DNA of 63,885 nucleotides, the filler included, from Craspedostauros australis (taxonomy: Eukaryota), in NCBI GenBank assembly GCA_030167865.1. It is 9 parts of 9 records of this genome, joined end to end, with 100 filler letters (N's around TTAATTAATTAA, not from the genome) between each part and the next. Parts side by side here need not be neighbours in the genome. Positions count along the whole stretch, not along the records: positions 48,987 to 55,320 come from JALAGF010002945.1; positions 55,421 to 60,390 come from JALAGF010002946.1; 7 more parts are not named here. The stretch is one strand, 5' to 3'. Positions 48,987-60,490 of this stretch are shown here, one piece after another; positions within the stretch are counted from its first letter, which is position 1; every line of letters starts with the position of its first letter. A program made the translations under genes and the position numbers. The notes under the pieces were generated by a model, which was given only the letters and a program-made list of their open reading frames with translations, was not told where the DNA came from and ran no database searches.

Positions 48987-49191
48987 GTCAAAGGCTGAGT
49001 CCCTAAATCAGTCTAAAAATTAGCACCTTGATGGGACCATAAAACTTAAACTAAGGTCTAACCGGAAAGTAATTTGAATCATTATTTGGTTTTAGAATAT
49101 GAGGATTATGAATATGTGATTTGTTTGGATATCCGAGAAAAAAGATGTTGAGTCCCAGGACAAAGTGCAGGTCGACTCACTCGGGGGGCTC
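48987..49191. repeat. Second copy of the 205-bp element terminus, about 1 kb upstream of TERT
   Basis: Identical to 45729-45933. Confidence 0.85.
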
Positions 49192-50192
49192 GTATCACTC
49201 CACCCATTGTGCTCCACAAATCGAGATACTGCTCGATAGTAGAGTTTCAGACCTTTCTCAAGACTGGACTCACCAAGAAACAACAAGTTTTTGTGCCCAG
49301 GGACACAATTCGTGGCGAAGCTGGGTCTTCGTGTGACTTTGTGTGGAGGCACGACGACGTTCTCATCGGTTCTTTACACCTCACCGGTACTCGTATTCTT
49401 TTTTCGACCATCGCAACGTGAGCAAGCAAGCGAGAAGCTGCAACAACAAAACTCTCTGACACTTTACTCTTTTGGTTGTGATGACTTTTGGTTGCATTTG
49501 ACACAGTCCAAACAGATGGCAGCGGCACGCGTCCATTCCGGTCCCGGTGGAACCCACAATCGGTGGCGTCTAATCGCTTTTACCGTTTTTGGGCGGTATC
49601 ACGAGGGCACCAGCAGTTGTATGGTGCGACCTGTCGGTTTGGAGGCGGAGACAGATGTGCACAAACACTTTCGTAGGAGGGCAACGACAGGGCAAAGAGG
49701 TTTACTCCGACCAGCACACGCATCACGCCATGAGCACAGAACACAGACAGCAACAGAAAAATCCGATCACCAACAGCGACAGAACAGTAGCAACACCAAT
49801 CACACACGCAGAACTGCGAACGTTGCTGCCATCGCAGCTCTACCACCCACCTCGGCGACTCGGCCAACACAACCTGCATCCTCGACGAAGACCGGCCGAT
49901 CCGGAAGTATGACCAAGAGGTCGCCACAAGGACGAAGAGATTAGGTCGCAGAGTGAATCACTTCTGCGGGGACTTTCGGTTCGATTTGACTCCGGCCTTT
50001 GTGCACACATGCAGACATACGCGAATAGTTGTACGCACCTGGTATACGTACTCTCGCACCATACAAGTGGCATACGCAAATATAAGTACGGTTGAACTTG
50101 TGCTTCGAGCCCATCTCTTGTGTTCCAGCATTCGCAGGAGGACTCTCGTATTCGCACTCCGCGCGGAGCCAACAGCATCGACACATCCATCC

Positions 50193-53100
50193 ATGAGGAG
50201 AAGCCAAGGAAGAGCGCCACGCGAACAGAATCCTCACCACCATGGCATCAAACGAGCGATCCGGTCGATGGTGGAGGATCCAACACGACAGAATCCAGAA
50301 TATCTGAGCGACTTCTTGCGACGACACTGCCCCTCGCTGCTGGACAATGACCAGCGACGGCAAGGCGTCTCACCATCCACCGCCATCGACGTTGACGTTG
50401 ACGTTGACGTTGACGTTGACAACCAAGGCAGTCAACGACCCGCCATCTATCTCGACGCCCAGCTCTCGGGAGTCATCGTGGCACCATACCGCGAAATCCC
50501 CCAAGGCCTGGATCGATCTGCTTCCCCAACCTGCCACGAATCAGTTTCGAGCCTGGTGGATGGGGCTATCGCTGCCATGCTGTCCAGGCATCGAAAACCG
50601 CGGGCCACATTACTTCAGAATGCGAAGGAGTCTGCTGCAACACCGAAGCGCAACAGGAATCGCCAGCGGCGTGCCCCAAGCAACGAAAAAAGGGCACGCA
50701 ACATTGAACCCCAATTTGATTCAATCCACCGACGCAATGTTCTCATCGAAGGATACAACATCGCCTCCGACCATCAACAGCGCTCCGATCAAAGCTACCA
50801 GCCTTCAGCCCATGCTGCAGCGGGAATCGTCTGCACTATCCCAAACCCCAACGTCACATTCTGCAAAACATCCAACTATTGCCGGTTGTTGCATGCGACG
50901 GTGGGCGATGAGATCTTCAGGGTCCTGCTGTTGTACACCAGACTTTTCATTCCATTGAAAAATCGAGACAGCGCCGCGGATGGCTTCGCTACGATTACCC
51001 ATGCCAATCGCAACTACATCCTCCTGTGTGGACCGCCATTGCCTCGGCAATATAGCCCTCCTATGAGTACGCCGAGAGCGAAAGCAGCCACTGATCACTC
51101 CATTCGCGACCAACGGTGCCATTCACAGAATTCGACGAAGAGGAAAAGAATAGATGAAGACGGCACAAACCTCATGTCGGAACCTGCGCCGCCAATGCTC
51201 AAACAACCCAGAGCAACAAAGCGGAGAAGACGGCAGTCGCTCGCTCAGCCCAATGCGTCATCAAATGCTTTACACGCCAACGCAAGTTCATGCATTGGCT
51301 CCGGCTCACCATCACCAGCGTATTCCAACCCAATTTCACACACGCACTCGAACACGTACACCCCGACGGTTGGGCTCCCACGTGACAACATCCTAAATAC
51401 GGCCATTGGCGGGAGGCACTTGCTGCGAGCGATGATCCCGCTCCAGAACAGCAATGGCACCGCGCTGCGGAAGAGAAGGCGGCGTCTCGCAACCCAAGGG
51501 CCGCAAATGTGTGTCGAGATCCTGAGGAACCATTCCAAATGCAATTTCCATCGCATCTTGGAACGCTATTGCCCGCTGATTGAGCGGTTCCAACCCACGA
51601 CATCGGCAGGTGGCGCAAGCGCAACTAAGTCACGGGATGAATTGGAATTGACCGATGTGGTGAAGCTCCACACCCAATCGGACAGGGTCGCGTCATTCCT
51701 CAACAGTGCATTGAGAGCAATCTTCCCGATCAACTTTTGGGGTTCGAAACAAAACTTCGACGTCGTTGTACGGAATGTCCAAGCCTTGGTTTCTCTGCGA
51801 AAGAAGGAAAAGCTTGCCAACAAGAGTTTAATGCACGGCTTCAGGACGAAGCAGATGAAATGGTTGCACTCAGCACCGAACACTTTCGAATCCAAGAGTA
51901 ACAATTCCAGTCGCGGAACGCAAACTCAGAGCACGATGCCATTCCAGCGCCAATGCCAAGCGGAGCGGCAGAGGTCATTCAAGCACAGAATTCGCAGATC
52001 GATCCCAGCAGCTCCGGCTTCCAAATGCACACCCAGCAGGTCCAAATTCTCAAGAACCGACCACGATGCTATGCAACGTTTGGCCTTGACGGTGCTGCGA
52101 TGGGTGTTCCGAAACTTCATCATCCCACTGATACGATGCACGTTTCATGTGACTGACACAGAATTCAGCCACAATCGTCTGGCGTACTACCGCAAGCCAG
52201 TGTGGTCTCTCTATCGATCATTGGCGATGAAGAAGTTGACACACGACCACTTCCAAATCCTCTCACGCAAGAAGCTACAATCTGTGCTGGCACAAGAGAA
52301 CGCATTGCACGCATCCTCACTAAAATTATTGCCGAAGGCCACAGGCGTGCGACCGATCATCGACATGGCTGGACGTCCCGTCGATCACAACCAAATAGCC
52401 TCTCGACGTTCGACAAACTCGCGCCTGAGGCCCTTGCTTCAAGTGCTCCAGTATGAGATAAGAAGGAAAACAGGTTCCACCGGCTCGGGCTTAGATGGGT
52501 TCATTGAATTCTACCCTCGTTACCGGCGCTTCATCACCGCATGGAAAGCAGTTCCAGCGCCGCCCAACGGGTCTCGCAGTCTCCACTTTGCCAGCATCGA
52601 TGTGAAAAAGTGCTATGACACCATCAAACAAGATCATCTTCTGCGACTCGTGGAGAGCCAGCTGTCAGATTCCGAATACATGATCGAATCATCATACGTC
52701 GTGATCCCTGCAGCCGGCGATGCTGCTGTCCGGTCCAAGACTGACACCGGCACGAGCGGCAAGGATGCTCACCGACATGCGCTGTGGAACAAGGTTGCTC
52801 CAGTCCACAGCTACCGCTCTCTCCTCAGCAACTGTACAGCGCCGGAACGTGGCAGACAGATCCTCGCCGGTTCTTCCATTCTGATCAACAAGACCAACAT
52901 GAAGCTCGCGAACAAGATCGCTCTGCTGGATCTCCTCAAAACACACATCCAGCAAAATGTGGTGGTAACGTGCGGGCGATTTTGCCCGCAGTACCTGCTG
53001 CAATGTAGCGGGATCCCACAAGGCAGCATTATCGCCAACCTGTTGTGCAACTTGTACTACGCGGATGTGGAGACACACCTTCTGCCTCGGCGATTCCGCG

Positions 53101-54155
53101 ATGCACGCTGGATCTCCAACGATGACAATCACTCACCAATTCTACATGCCAAGCAGCCCCTTTGCCTCTTGGCAAGGCAGGTGGATGACTTCCTGCTCAT
53201 CTCGACTGACAAGGACGACATCAAGAAATTCGTGGCACAGACCCGAAAGGGCGTCCCCGAGCTTGGCATGAGCATCAACACAGACAAGTCCACCGTCAGT
53301 CACAGCTTCGCTTACGCGGCGCAAGATCCACACGCCGACAGGCGAGAGCAACCGACCTTTCACTATGGCCAGGACGCCGAGGGTGCCATAGAAATCGACA
53401 CCAACACCGACATTGACACGAACACTGATGTCGCCGTGGACATGGACATGGACGATGCTGGTGTCAACCGTATTGAGTCGCCCAGAACATCATGCATTGT
53501 GTCATCGTCCGGGGCACGCCTCTTCCCATGGTGCGGCCTCCTTTTTGACATTAACACGGGCGATGTGATGATCGACTACTCTCGCTTCGACAACGGCAGG
53601 GTTGAGAACAGCCTCACCATTGACAGCGATGGCCATGAAGGTGATCAATTCTTTCGCAGGCTGCGCACTTTCGTCCGGCCAAGATGCACCCCGATCCTGT
53701 ACGATCCTGCCATAAATCGGGTGGACGTGGTCATGACGAACTTCTACCAAATGATGCTGTACTGCGCAGTGAAGACTGTGGCGCATCTGAGATCCAGTGC
53801 GTACAAGGTCACGCACAACCCCGCACACACAACCAAGGCCATTGGCGATACAATCTTGTTCGCATTCCGTTTGATACGATCCAGCCTCGGCATGTCAGCA
53901 ACCAAGGCATCCGAAAATGTAGCTGGAAGAAGACCTTCAGACTTCCCTCTCAATCTGGCTGAGTCGCTTTGGCTTTCTTGGAAAGCATTCCACGATGTGT
54001 TCTCGAGGCTGTCGGATCAGCAAGAAGTCCACCGCGTCTTGATACATCCAGCTCTTGAAAGAAGCCACGGCATGCCCAAACACCAGAACACTTCTATTCT
54101 TTTGGAGCACGCATTCAATGACTTCGACATGAGCAGCAAGATCAGGGTGGACTGA
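50193..54155 (+). CDS. TERT: Telomerase reverse transcriptase
   Basis: TEN/GQ-like LLHATVGDEIFRVLL; CP (ILERYCP); QFP (IFPINFWGSKQN); T motif (FHVTDTEFSHNRLAYYRKPVW); motifs 1/2 (LKLLPK..RPI), A (FASIDVKKCYDTI), B' (GIPQGSIIANLLCNLY), C (RQVDDFLLI), D (GMSINTDKS), E (FPWCGLLF). First in-frame ATG at 50193; frame open from 49953. Confidence 0.95.
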   Translation: MRRSQGRAPREQNPHHHGIKRAIRSMVEDPTRQNPEYLSDFLRRHCPSLLDNDQRRQGVSPSTAIDVDVDVDVDVDNQGSQRPAIYLDAQLSGVIVAPYREIPQGLDRSASPTCHESVSSLVDGAIAAMLSRHRKPRATLLQNAKESAATPKRNRNRQRRAPSNEKRARNIEPQFDSIHRRNVLIEGYNIASDHQQRSDQSYQPSAHAAAGIVCTIPNPNVTFCKTSNYCRLLHATVGDEIFRVLLLYTRLFIPLKNRDSAADGFATITHANRNYILLCGPPLPRQYSPPMSTPRAKAATDHSIRDQRCHSQNSTKRKRIDEDGTNLMSEPAPPMLKQPRATKRRRRQSLAQPNASSNALHANASSCIGSGSPSPAYSNPISHTHSNTYTPTVGLPRDNILNTAIGGRHLLRAMIPLQNSNGTALRKRRRRLATQGPQMCVEILRNHSKCNFHRILERYCPLIERFQPTTSAGGASATKSRDELELTDVVKLHTQSDRVASFLNSALRAIFPINFWGSKQNFDVVVRNVQALVSLRKKEKLANKSLMHGFRTKQMKWLHSAPNTFESKSNNSSRGTQTQSTMPFQRQCQAERQRSFKHRIRRSIPAAPASKCTPSRSKFSRTDHDAMQRLALTVLRWVFRNFIIPLIRCTFHVTDTEFSHNRLAYYRKPVWSLYRSLAMKKLTHDHFQILSRKKLQSVLAQENALHASSLKLLPKATGVRPIIDMAGRPVDHNQIASRRSTNSRLRPLLQVLQYEIRRKTGSTGSGLDGFIEFYPRYRRFITAWKAVPAPPNGSRSLHFASIDVKKCYDTIKQDHLLRLVESQLSDSEYMIESSYVVIPAAGDAAVRSKTDTGTSGKDAHRHALWNKVAPVHSYRSLLSNCTAPERGRQILAGSSILINKTNMKLANKIALLDLLKTHIQQNVVVTCGRFCPQYLLQCSGIPQGSIIANLLCNLYYADVETHLLPRRFRDARWISNDDNHSPILHAKQPLCLLARQVDDFLLISTDKDDIKKFVAQTRKGVPELGMSINTDKSTVSHSFAYAAQDPHADRREQPTFHYGQDAEGAIEIDTNTDIDTNTDVAVDMDMDDAGVNRIESPRTSCIVSSSGARLFPWCGLLFDINTGDVMIDYSRFDNGRVENSLTIDSDGHEGDQFFRRLRTFVRPRCTPILYDPAINRVDVVMTNFYQMMLYCAVKTVAHLRSSAYKVTHNPAHTTKAIGDTILFAFRLIRSSLGMSATKASENVAGRRPSDFPLNLAESLWLSWKAFHDVFSRLSDQQEVHRVLIHPALERSHGMPKHQNTSILLEHAFNDFDMSSKIRVD

Positions 54156-55420
54156 TTTTGCTTTAGTTGGCAAATCCAGAAGCACTCTTCTATTCTATTG
54201 AAATAGTCAGTCTCGTGAAACCGTTTGTGAATTCGATCAAGACACAGCCAATTTCATTCGAACGGGTCGACCACGTGGTTTACGCAAGTGTAGAGTGTCG
54301 TTTCGAAGTAGGAGCGCAAAGAACGCGGTCCAGGCATTGGGCAGTTGAATCCAATCTCTCTCTCCAGAGACAACATCAAGGGTGGAAATAACTATGCAGC
54401 TGGAACATGCATGAGCCATCGTGCTTGAACCGCTCTTTGGATATCTGGAATGTCAACACGCGTCCAAATGTTGTTCTCCTCGATCGAAATGAAGGAGATA
54501 GTAGTATGCTGAATAAAAGCGCATTCCGAAGCGAGAAAGCATGTTAGAGAAGAATAGAGCAGTGGCTTTGACGACTCGATCGAGAACCGCGCTGCGTTTC
54601 GTTGCAAGTCTCTCCTCTTTTCGCATCATTGCACGTGAATCTCCGATGCTTTTCGATCGTCAGGTCGACCATGGTGAGATGGACAGATGGAAGTTGGTCG
54701 TCTTTCCCGAACCTTCTCGTTCGCGGCGCAATTGCGTTGATGTCATGTGAAGTTCGTCACACATCCGACGCAAAATTTCTCACCACAAAACGGACCTCGC
54801 AACAACACACAACACAACGCAGCCAACCAAAAAGAAACAACAGCCGCAACATCAGCAACTCGCAACAAGAGCAAGAACTACGATGACGACCATGATGCAC
54901 AATGTACATGCTCCGCTTGCAACCTTGGCATAAAACGAAGTCAGCCATAGACTCAAGCAGGTACTGCGTCGATCAAGCAACCATCAATGCAAACAACAAA
55001 CTGATTGCCAATCCTCTTGTTGATTGTCATCATCATACTAGTGCACGTACAACGAGAGACCCTTCAGCCAGAATTGCTCCAATTTGATCCAATCAGCGCT
55101 GGTCTGCAATTGTGAGGTACGACGGAATCCACGTTGCACCACATCCCATCACAACACAACACTCAAAGCGCTCATCGTAGCACAGCTATCGACTCATCAT
55201 GACAAAGCATGCCCACTCATCAGCAACACCGTCGCAAATTGCGACAGCGCAATGTGACTACGATGAACTGTCGAAGCAGGAAAAGAGCGAGCTGATCAGG
55301 GACGTTCTTCCGCAGTGTCANNNNNNNNNNNNNNNNNNNNNNNNNNNNNNNNNNNNNNNNNNNNTTAATTAATTAANNNNNNNNNNNNNNNNNNNNNNNN
55401 NNNNNNNNNNNNNNNNNNNN

Positions 55421-58400
55421 ATACAATCACACAGTAACATCGTCTGGAACTGTCCTTCGGCTCAAAGCCGGGTAGAGACCGGCGAGAGCGCTGTTGTTAC
55501 AACATAGTTACAATTGATTTTTGCTCTATCAGCAAAGATGAGCACCGAGAGTAAGCCGGCTGTGCCGAGAAAGTCAGCGCCGGACAGCAACAACAAAACA
55601 AACAAGCCACATCGACCACCGTTCGTGCGTCCAGCCAAGTTCGAAGGAGCATGCTCTGGCCTGAAGGGATTCGTTTTCGACTGTGTAGCGAACCGATCCA
55701 AGCAGGTCGATGAATTCACTCGCACACTCGATGCAGTCAAGGTGTACGTCGGATCGGAATACGGACCAGCCGTCGCACTCGCCATTGAAAACCTCCAGCC
55801 GCCGTCCATCCCCGAGCCAGCCGACTACCCGAGCAACGCCACCGAGATTCAGAAGGAAAAGTGGAAGCGCAAGTATGCCCTCTACACCACCCGGCTTGCC
55901 AACGCCGAGGTGGACCTCCAAAAGGTGTACGCCCTGATCTGGGGCCAGTGCTCAGAGATCATGCGAAGCCGCCTACAAGAGATGACAGAATACTCTGCAG
56001 CCAACAGCAGCATGGACACAATCACCCTCATCAAGATGATAAAGAGTGTTGTTTTCAATTTCCAAACACACCAACACCACTTGGTCGCCGCACACATGAT
56101 CATGAAGGACCTTCTCACCTTCCAACAAAAGAGAAAACAAACCACACAAGAATACTACGAATCCTTCATCAATCTTGTCGATGTGAACGACACACTCATG
56201 ACCAATGTCACAGAGGTGACCAGCGCAGCCCTTCATGTCCTCAAGGAGCGTAACCTCAAAGACCCAAGCGAGGAAGAGCGAAAGGAGATCAGGAAGGATG
56301 CCAAGCAGCGCTTCCTTGCCGTTGCTTTCATCCTCGGCGCAGATCGCCACCGGTACGGATCCCTCATCGAAGAACTACAGAACGACTACCTCAAAGGTGA
56401 TGATCGATACCCCAAGACCATGGCGGAGGCGTTCACAATGCTGAACCACTGGTCGAAGGATCCAAGGAATCTTCCAAGTCACAACACTCCAAAGGATTCA
56501 GGCATGGCATTCGTGAACACACACGAAAACGACACCAAGTGTGAGCGATGCGGTCGCAGCAACCACACAACCGACCAGTGTCATGCCAAATACCATGCAA
56601 ATGGAACTGTCCTCGTCCATGCGACGACTGTGGGGGATGATGAAGATGAGTTCGTTTTCCTCACCAACCACCACAATCACAACAAGCACAGCCCTATTCC
56701 CAACACTTGGATTCTGCTGGACAATCAATCCACGGTCGACGTCTTCTCCAACGCACAACTCATCCGCGACATCCATGATGTTGACACCGCCCTGACCATC
56801 CATTGCAACGCTGGCACCACCACCACCAACAAGAAGGGTACACTCCCTGGATATGGCGCAGTGTGGTACCACCCATCCGGCGTGGCCAACATCCTCTCAC
56901 TCAGCCGCGTGAAATCCATGTTCCGCGTCACATATGACAGCAGTGGTACCAACAGCTTTGTGGTACACAAGCCGGATGGATCAACCCGGACCTTCGTCGA
57001 GTCCCAACGCGGACTGTACTACCTGAACATGGCAAGCCCCAGCGAAGTAGCTCTCGTGACTACAGTGGAAGATAACAAAAATAGCTTCTCCACTTACGAC
57101 TACTCGCAGGCCCAACTTGCTAGATCTATTCAGAAGCGCATTGGACATCCAACCACGCGCAACTACATCAAGTACGTGAAGAATGGGATGATACCGAACT
57201 GTCCCATCACAACCAAGGACATTCGCACTGCCGAGCTCATCTTCGGTCCGGATGTACCATCACTCAAAGGAAAGACAACAAGGCAGGTACCCCCGGCCGT
57301 CCGAGCAAAGATCGCACATTTGCCAGCCAGTATCATGCAGCAATATCGTGACGTCGTGCTCTCTGCGGATATCATGAAGGTGAACGGTATTCCATTTCTG
57401 GTGTCCGTATCCAAACACCTCAAGTTCGGAACCGTCGTCAAGCTCAACTCCGAGTCGAATGCAACGCTCGTGAAGCAGTTCAGGAACATCATCCAGCTGT
57501 ACAAGCAACGAGGGTTCAGGGTTGGTATCATGCTGACTGACAACCAGTTCAGCTCGCTCCGTGGTGACATGTCTGAGGTTGGTGTGAGCATCAACGTGAC
57601 CTCTCGTGATGAACACGTGCCGGAAGTCGAGCGCTATATTCGAACAATCAAGGAGCGCACTCGATCTACATACCATGCTCTACCATTCAAGGCGTACCCA
57701 CCATCGCTCATCATTGAAATGGTGTATCATTCAGTCTACTGGATGAATATGTTCCCACATCCTGATGGCGTATCAAAGCGCATGAGCCCAGCAGAAATTG
57801 TGGTCGGGAGAAAGCTCGATTACAACGCGCACTGCAGAATCGAATTCGGCAGCTACGCGCAAACACATGAACAGCACGATAACTCCATGCAACCACGCAC
57901 CGTTGGAGCAATCGCTCTGCGACCATCCGGCAACATCCAAGGTGGCTACGTCTTCTACAGCCTGACTACCGGACGCTGCATTCATCGCCGCAGCTGGACA
58001 GAGATCCCCATGCCACAATCAGTGATAGACCACGTACATGCACTGGCCAAGGCATCCAAATCCGAGAAGAACCTCCATTTTACCACCAGTCATGGTATCG
58101 AACTATACCCCGACACCGGCAACAACGATGCAGGCCACAATGAAGACGAAGACAATGCATCAAGTGCAAGCGACGAATCACTGGATGACGAGATGGATGA
58201 TACCAGNNNNNNNNNNNNNNNNNNNNNNNNNNNNNNNNNNNNNNNNNNNNNNNNNNNNNNNNNNNNNNNNNNNNNNNNNNNNNGCAGCAACCATGACGGC
58301 GACGACTATGACGATGGTGGAAGCAAGACAGATGACAGTGTCTCCAGCGAAACAACCGATCATAATTGCGATGTGATCGCCGACGAAGAAGATGACGATA

Positions 58401-60390
58401 TCGATATCGCCGCCGACTCACGCGATAACAACACACTCATCACCCCAACCCCAATCGTCGGAAATGAACGCGGGAACCGAGACAACACTCCAACAGAAGA
58501 ACAACACTCCAACACAGACAACAATCGCATGCGTACAAGACGCGGTCCACGAGTGGACTACTACAAGCTACACCATACAGGACGGGATGGAGCACACGCC
58601 ACGATGATACAGTTGGGTGCACCGAACAACGGAATACCGGAAAATGAGACATCGGCATGCACTTTTGTTACAGAGCAGATGAACTGGAAACAAGGACTGA
58701 AACAATTCCATGAGCGAGGCGAAGAAGCAATCAGCAGAGAACTCCAACAGGTCCATGATATGGAGGGCTTCGAGCCCAAGCACTGGCATCAGCTCACTCA
58801 TGACGAGCGAAGGAAGGCACTGCGATATCTCATGTATTTGAAAGAGAAAAGGAGTGGGATTATCAAGGGTCGTGGATGTGCTGATGGGCGCAAGCAGCGT
58901 CTATACATGACAAAAGATGAGACGAGCTCGCCCACAGTATCACTGTTGGGACTCATGTTCACTTGTGTTATTGATGCACAAGAAAATCGTGATGTCGCAA
59001 CCGTTGATGTGCCAGGCGCATTTCTGCACGCAAAATTCGACGATGACGATGTTGTGCACGTTCTCATCGAGGGAAGAATGGCTGAAATCCTGGGGAAAAT
59101 CGCCCCAGACGTGTATGATGAGTACATCCACAAGAAACGTGGACAATCGGCTATATACGTCAAGCTCACAAGGGCACTCTACGGTACACTCAAGGCAGCT
59201 CTATGCTGGTGGAAACACCTCACCACAACGCTGGAGGAGGACGGGTTCACTATTAACCCATATGACTGGTGCATCGCGAACAAGGTTGTGAACGGTAAAC
59301 AGTGCACAGTGGTATGGCATGTGGACGATCTGAAAATATCACATGTGGATGAGCATGTCGTGAGTGATGTCATCGGTATGTTGAACAAAGCATATGGACA
59401 GAGAACACCGCTAACAGTCACTCGAGGCAAGGTACACGAATACTTGGGGATGCGACTCGACTACTCTACGCCAAACAAAATCATCATCGACATGGCCGAA
59501 TACATCGATGGCATCATTGAAGGAGTGCCTGGGGACATGTCGGGCATAGCAGCAACTCCAGCTGCGAATCACTTATTCAACATCAATGAGGACAATCCGA
59601 CCAAGCTAGACAGTGACACTGCCGACATGTTTCATCACAACGTCGCAAAACTGCTATTCCTCTGCAAGCGAGCGAGACCAGACATCCAAACCGCAGTGTC
59701 TTTTCTATGTACTAGGGTCAAATCCCCTGACACTGACGACTACAAGAAACTCGCCCGTGTTGTCAAATACCTACGCGGAACACGCAACCTAACACTTGCG
59801 CTCGGTGGGTCGGCGCTCAAGGACATCAGATGGTGGGTTGACGGATCATTCGGTGTCCATGACAACATGCGCAGCCACACAGGAGCATGTCTGTCCGCAG
59901 GAGGAGGTGTGATATACGCCACATCATCCAAACAAAAACTGAACACCAGGAGCTCCACAGAAGCCGAACTTGTGGCAGTCGACGACGTCATGCCGCAGGT
60001 GTTATGGGCACGCTATTTCCTACAGGAGCAAGGTGTCGACCTTGGTCCCACGACCATCTATCAGGACAACCAGAGCGCAATGCTCCTGGAACAAAATGGT
60101 CGGGGTTCAAGCAGCAAACGAACTCGTCACATCAGCATGCGGTTTTTCTTTGCCACAGACCGAATTGAAAAAGGAGACATCACCGTCGAGTACTGTCCCA
60201 CTGATGACATGCTCGGAGATTTCTTCACAAAGCCATTGCAAGGGACCAAATTCAGAATGTTCCGGGATATCATCCTCAACCACCATGCTGGTGATACCAC
60301 CAAGGTCAAGTCATACAAGGAAGCCTTGGTGGGATCAAAGGAGTGTGTTGGGGAAGACACCTACATTCCCGGTCTACCTGTGGTTTCGGA
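55421..60390 (+). mobile_element. Ty1/copia LTR retrotransposon (CoDi-like); LTRs mostly lost in gaps
   Basis: Candidate 5' LTR end AACA at 55439. PPT-like AAAGGAG followed by TGTTGGGG (3' LTR start 60346). Full gag-pol between them. Confidence 0.93.
55538..60390 (+). CDS. Copia Gag-Pol polyprotein (gag CCHC, protease, integrase, RT, RNase H)
   Basis: CERCGRSNHTTDQC; ILLDNQST; SADIM..LTDNQF..EVER; DVPGAFL..ALYG..WHVDD; VDGS..TEAEL..QDN..DFFTKPL. INT precedes RT, which is the copia order. The internal N gap 58207-58283 prevents confirming frame continuity. Confidence 0.93.
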
Positions 60391-60490
60391 NNNNNNNNNN
60401 NNNNNNNNNNNNNNNNNNNNNNNNNNNNNNNNNNTTAATTAATTAANNNNNNNNNNNNNNNNNNNNNNNNNNNNNNNNNNNNNNNNNNNN

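Noticed and set aside
49192..55320. Telomerase RNA template or telomeric repeats near TERT
   Set aside because: No CTAACCCTAA/CTAAACCCT-type template or TTAGGG tract was found by eye. The CCCTAAA at 49001 lies inside the transposon terminus.
49953..60390. TERT plus copia RT as a linked two-RT system
   Set aside because: They are separated by an artificial spacer (55321-55420), so adjacency is unproven, and the copia element is self-contained.
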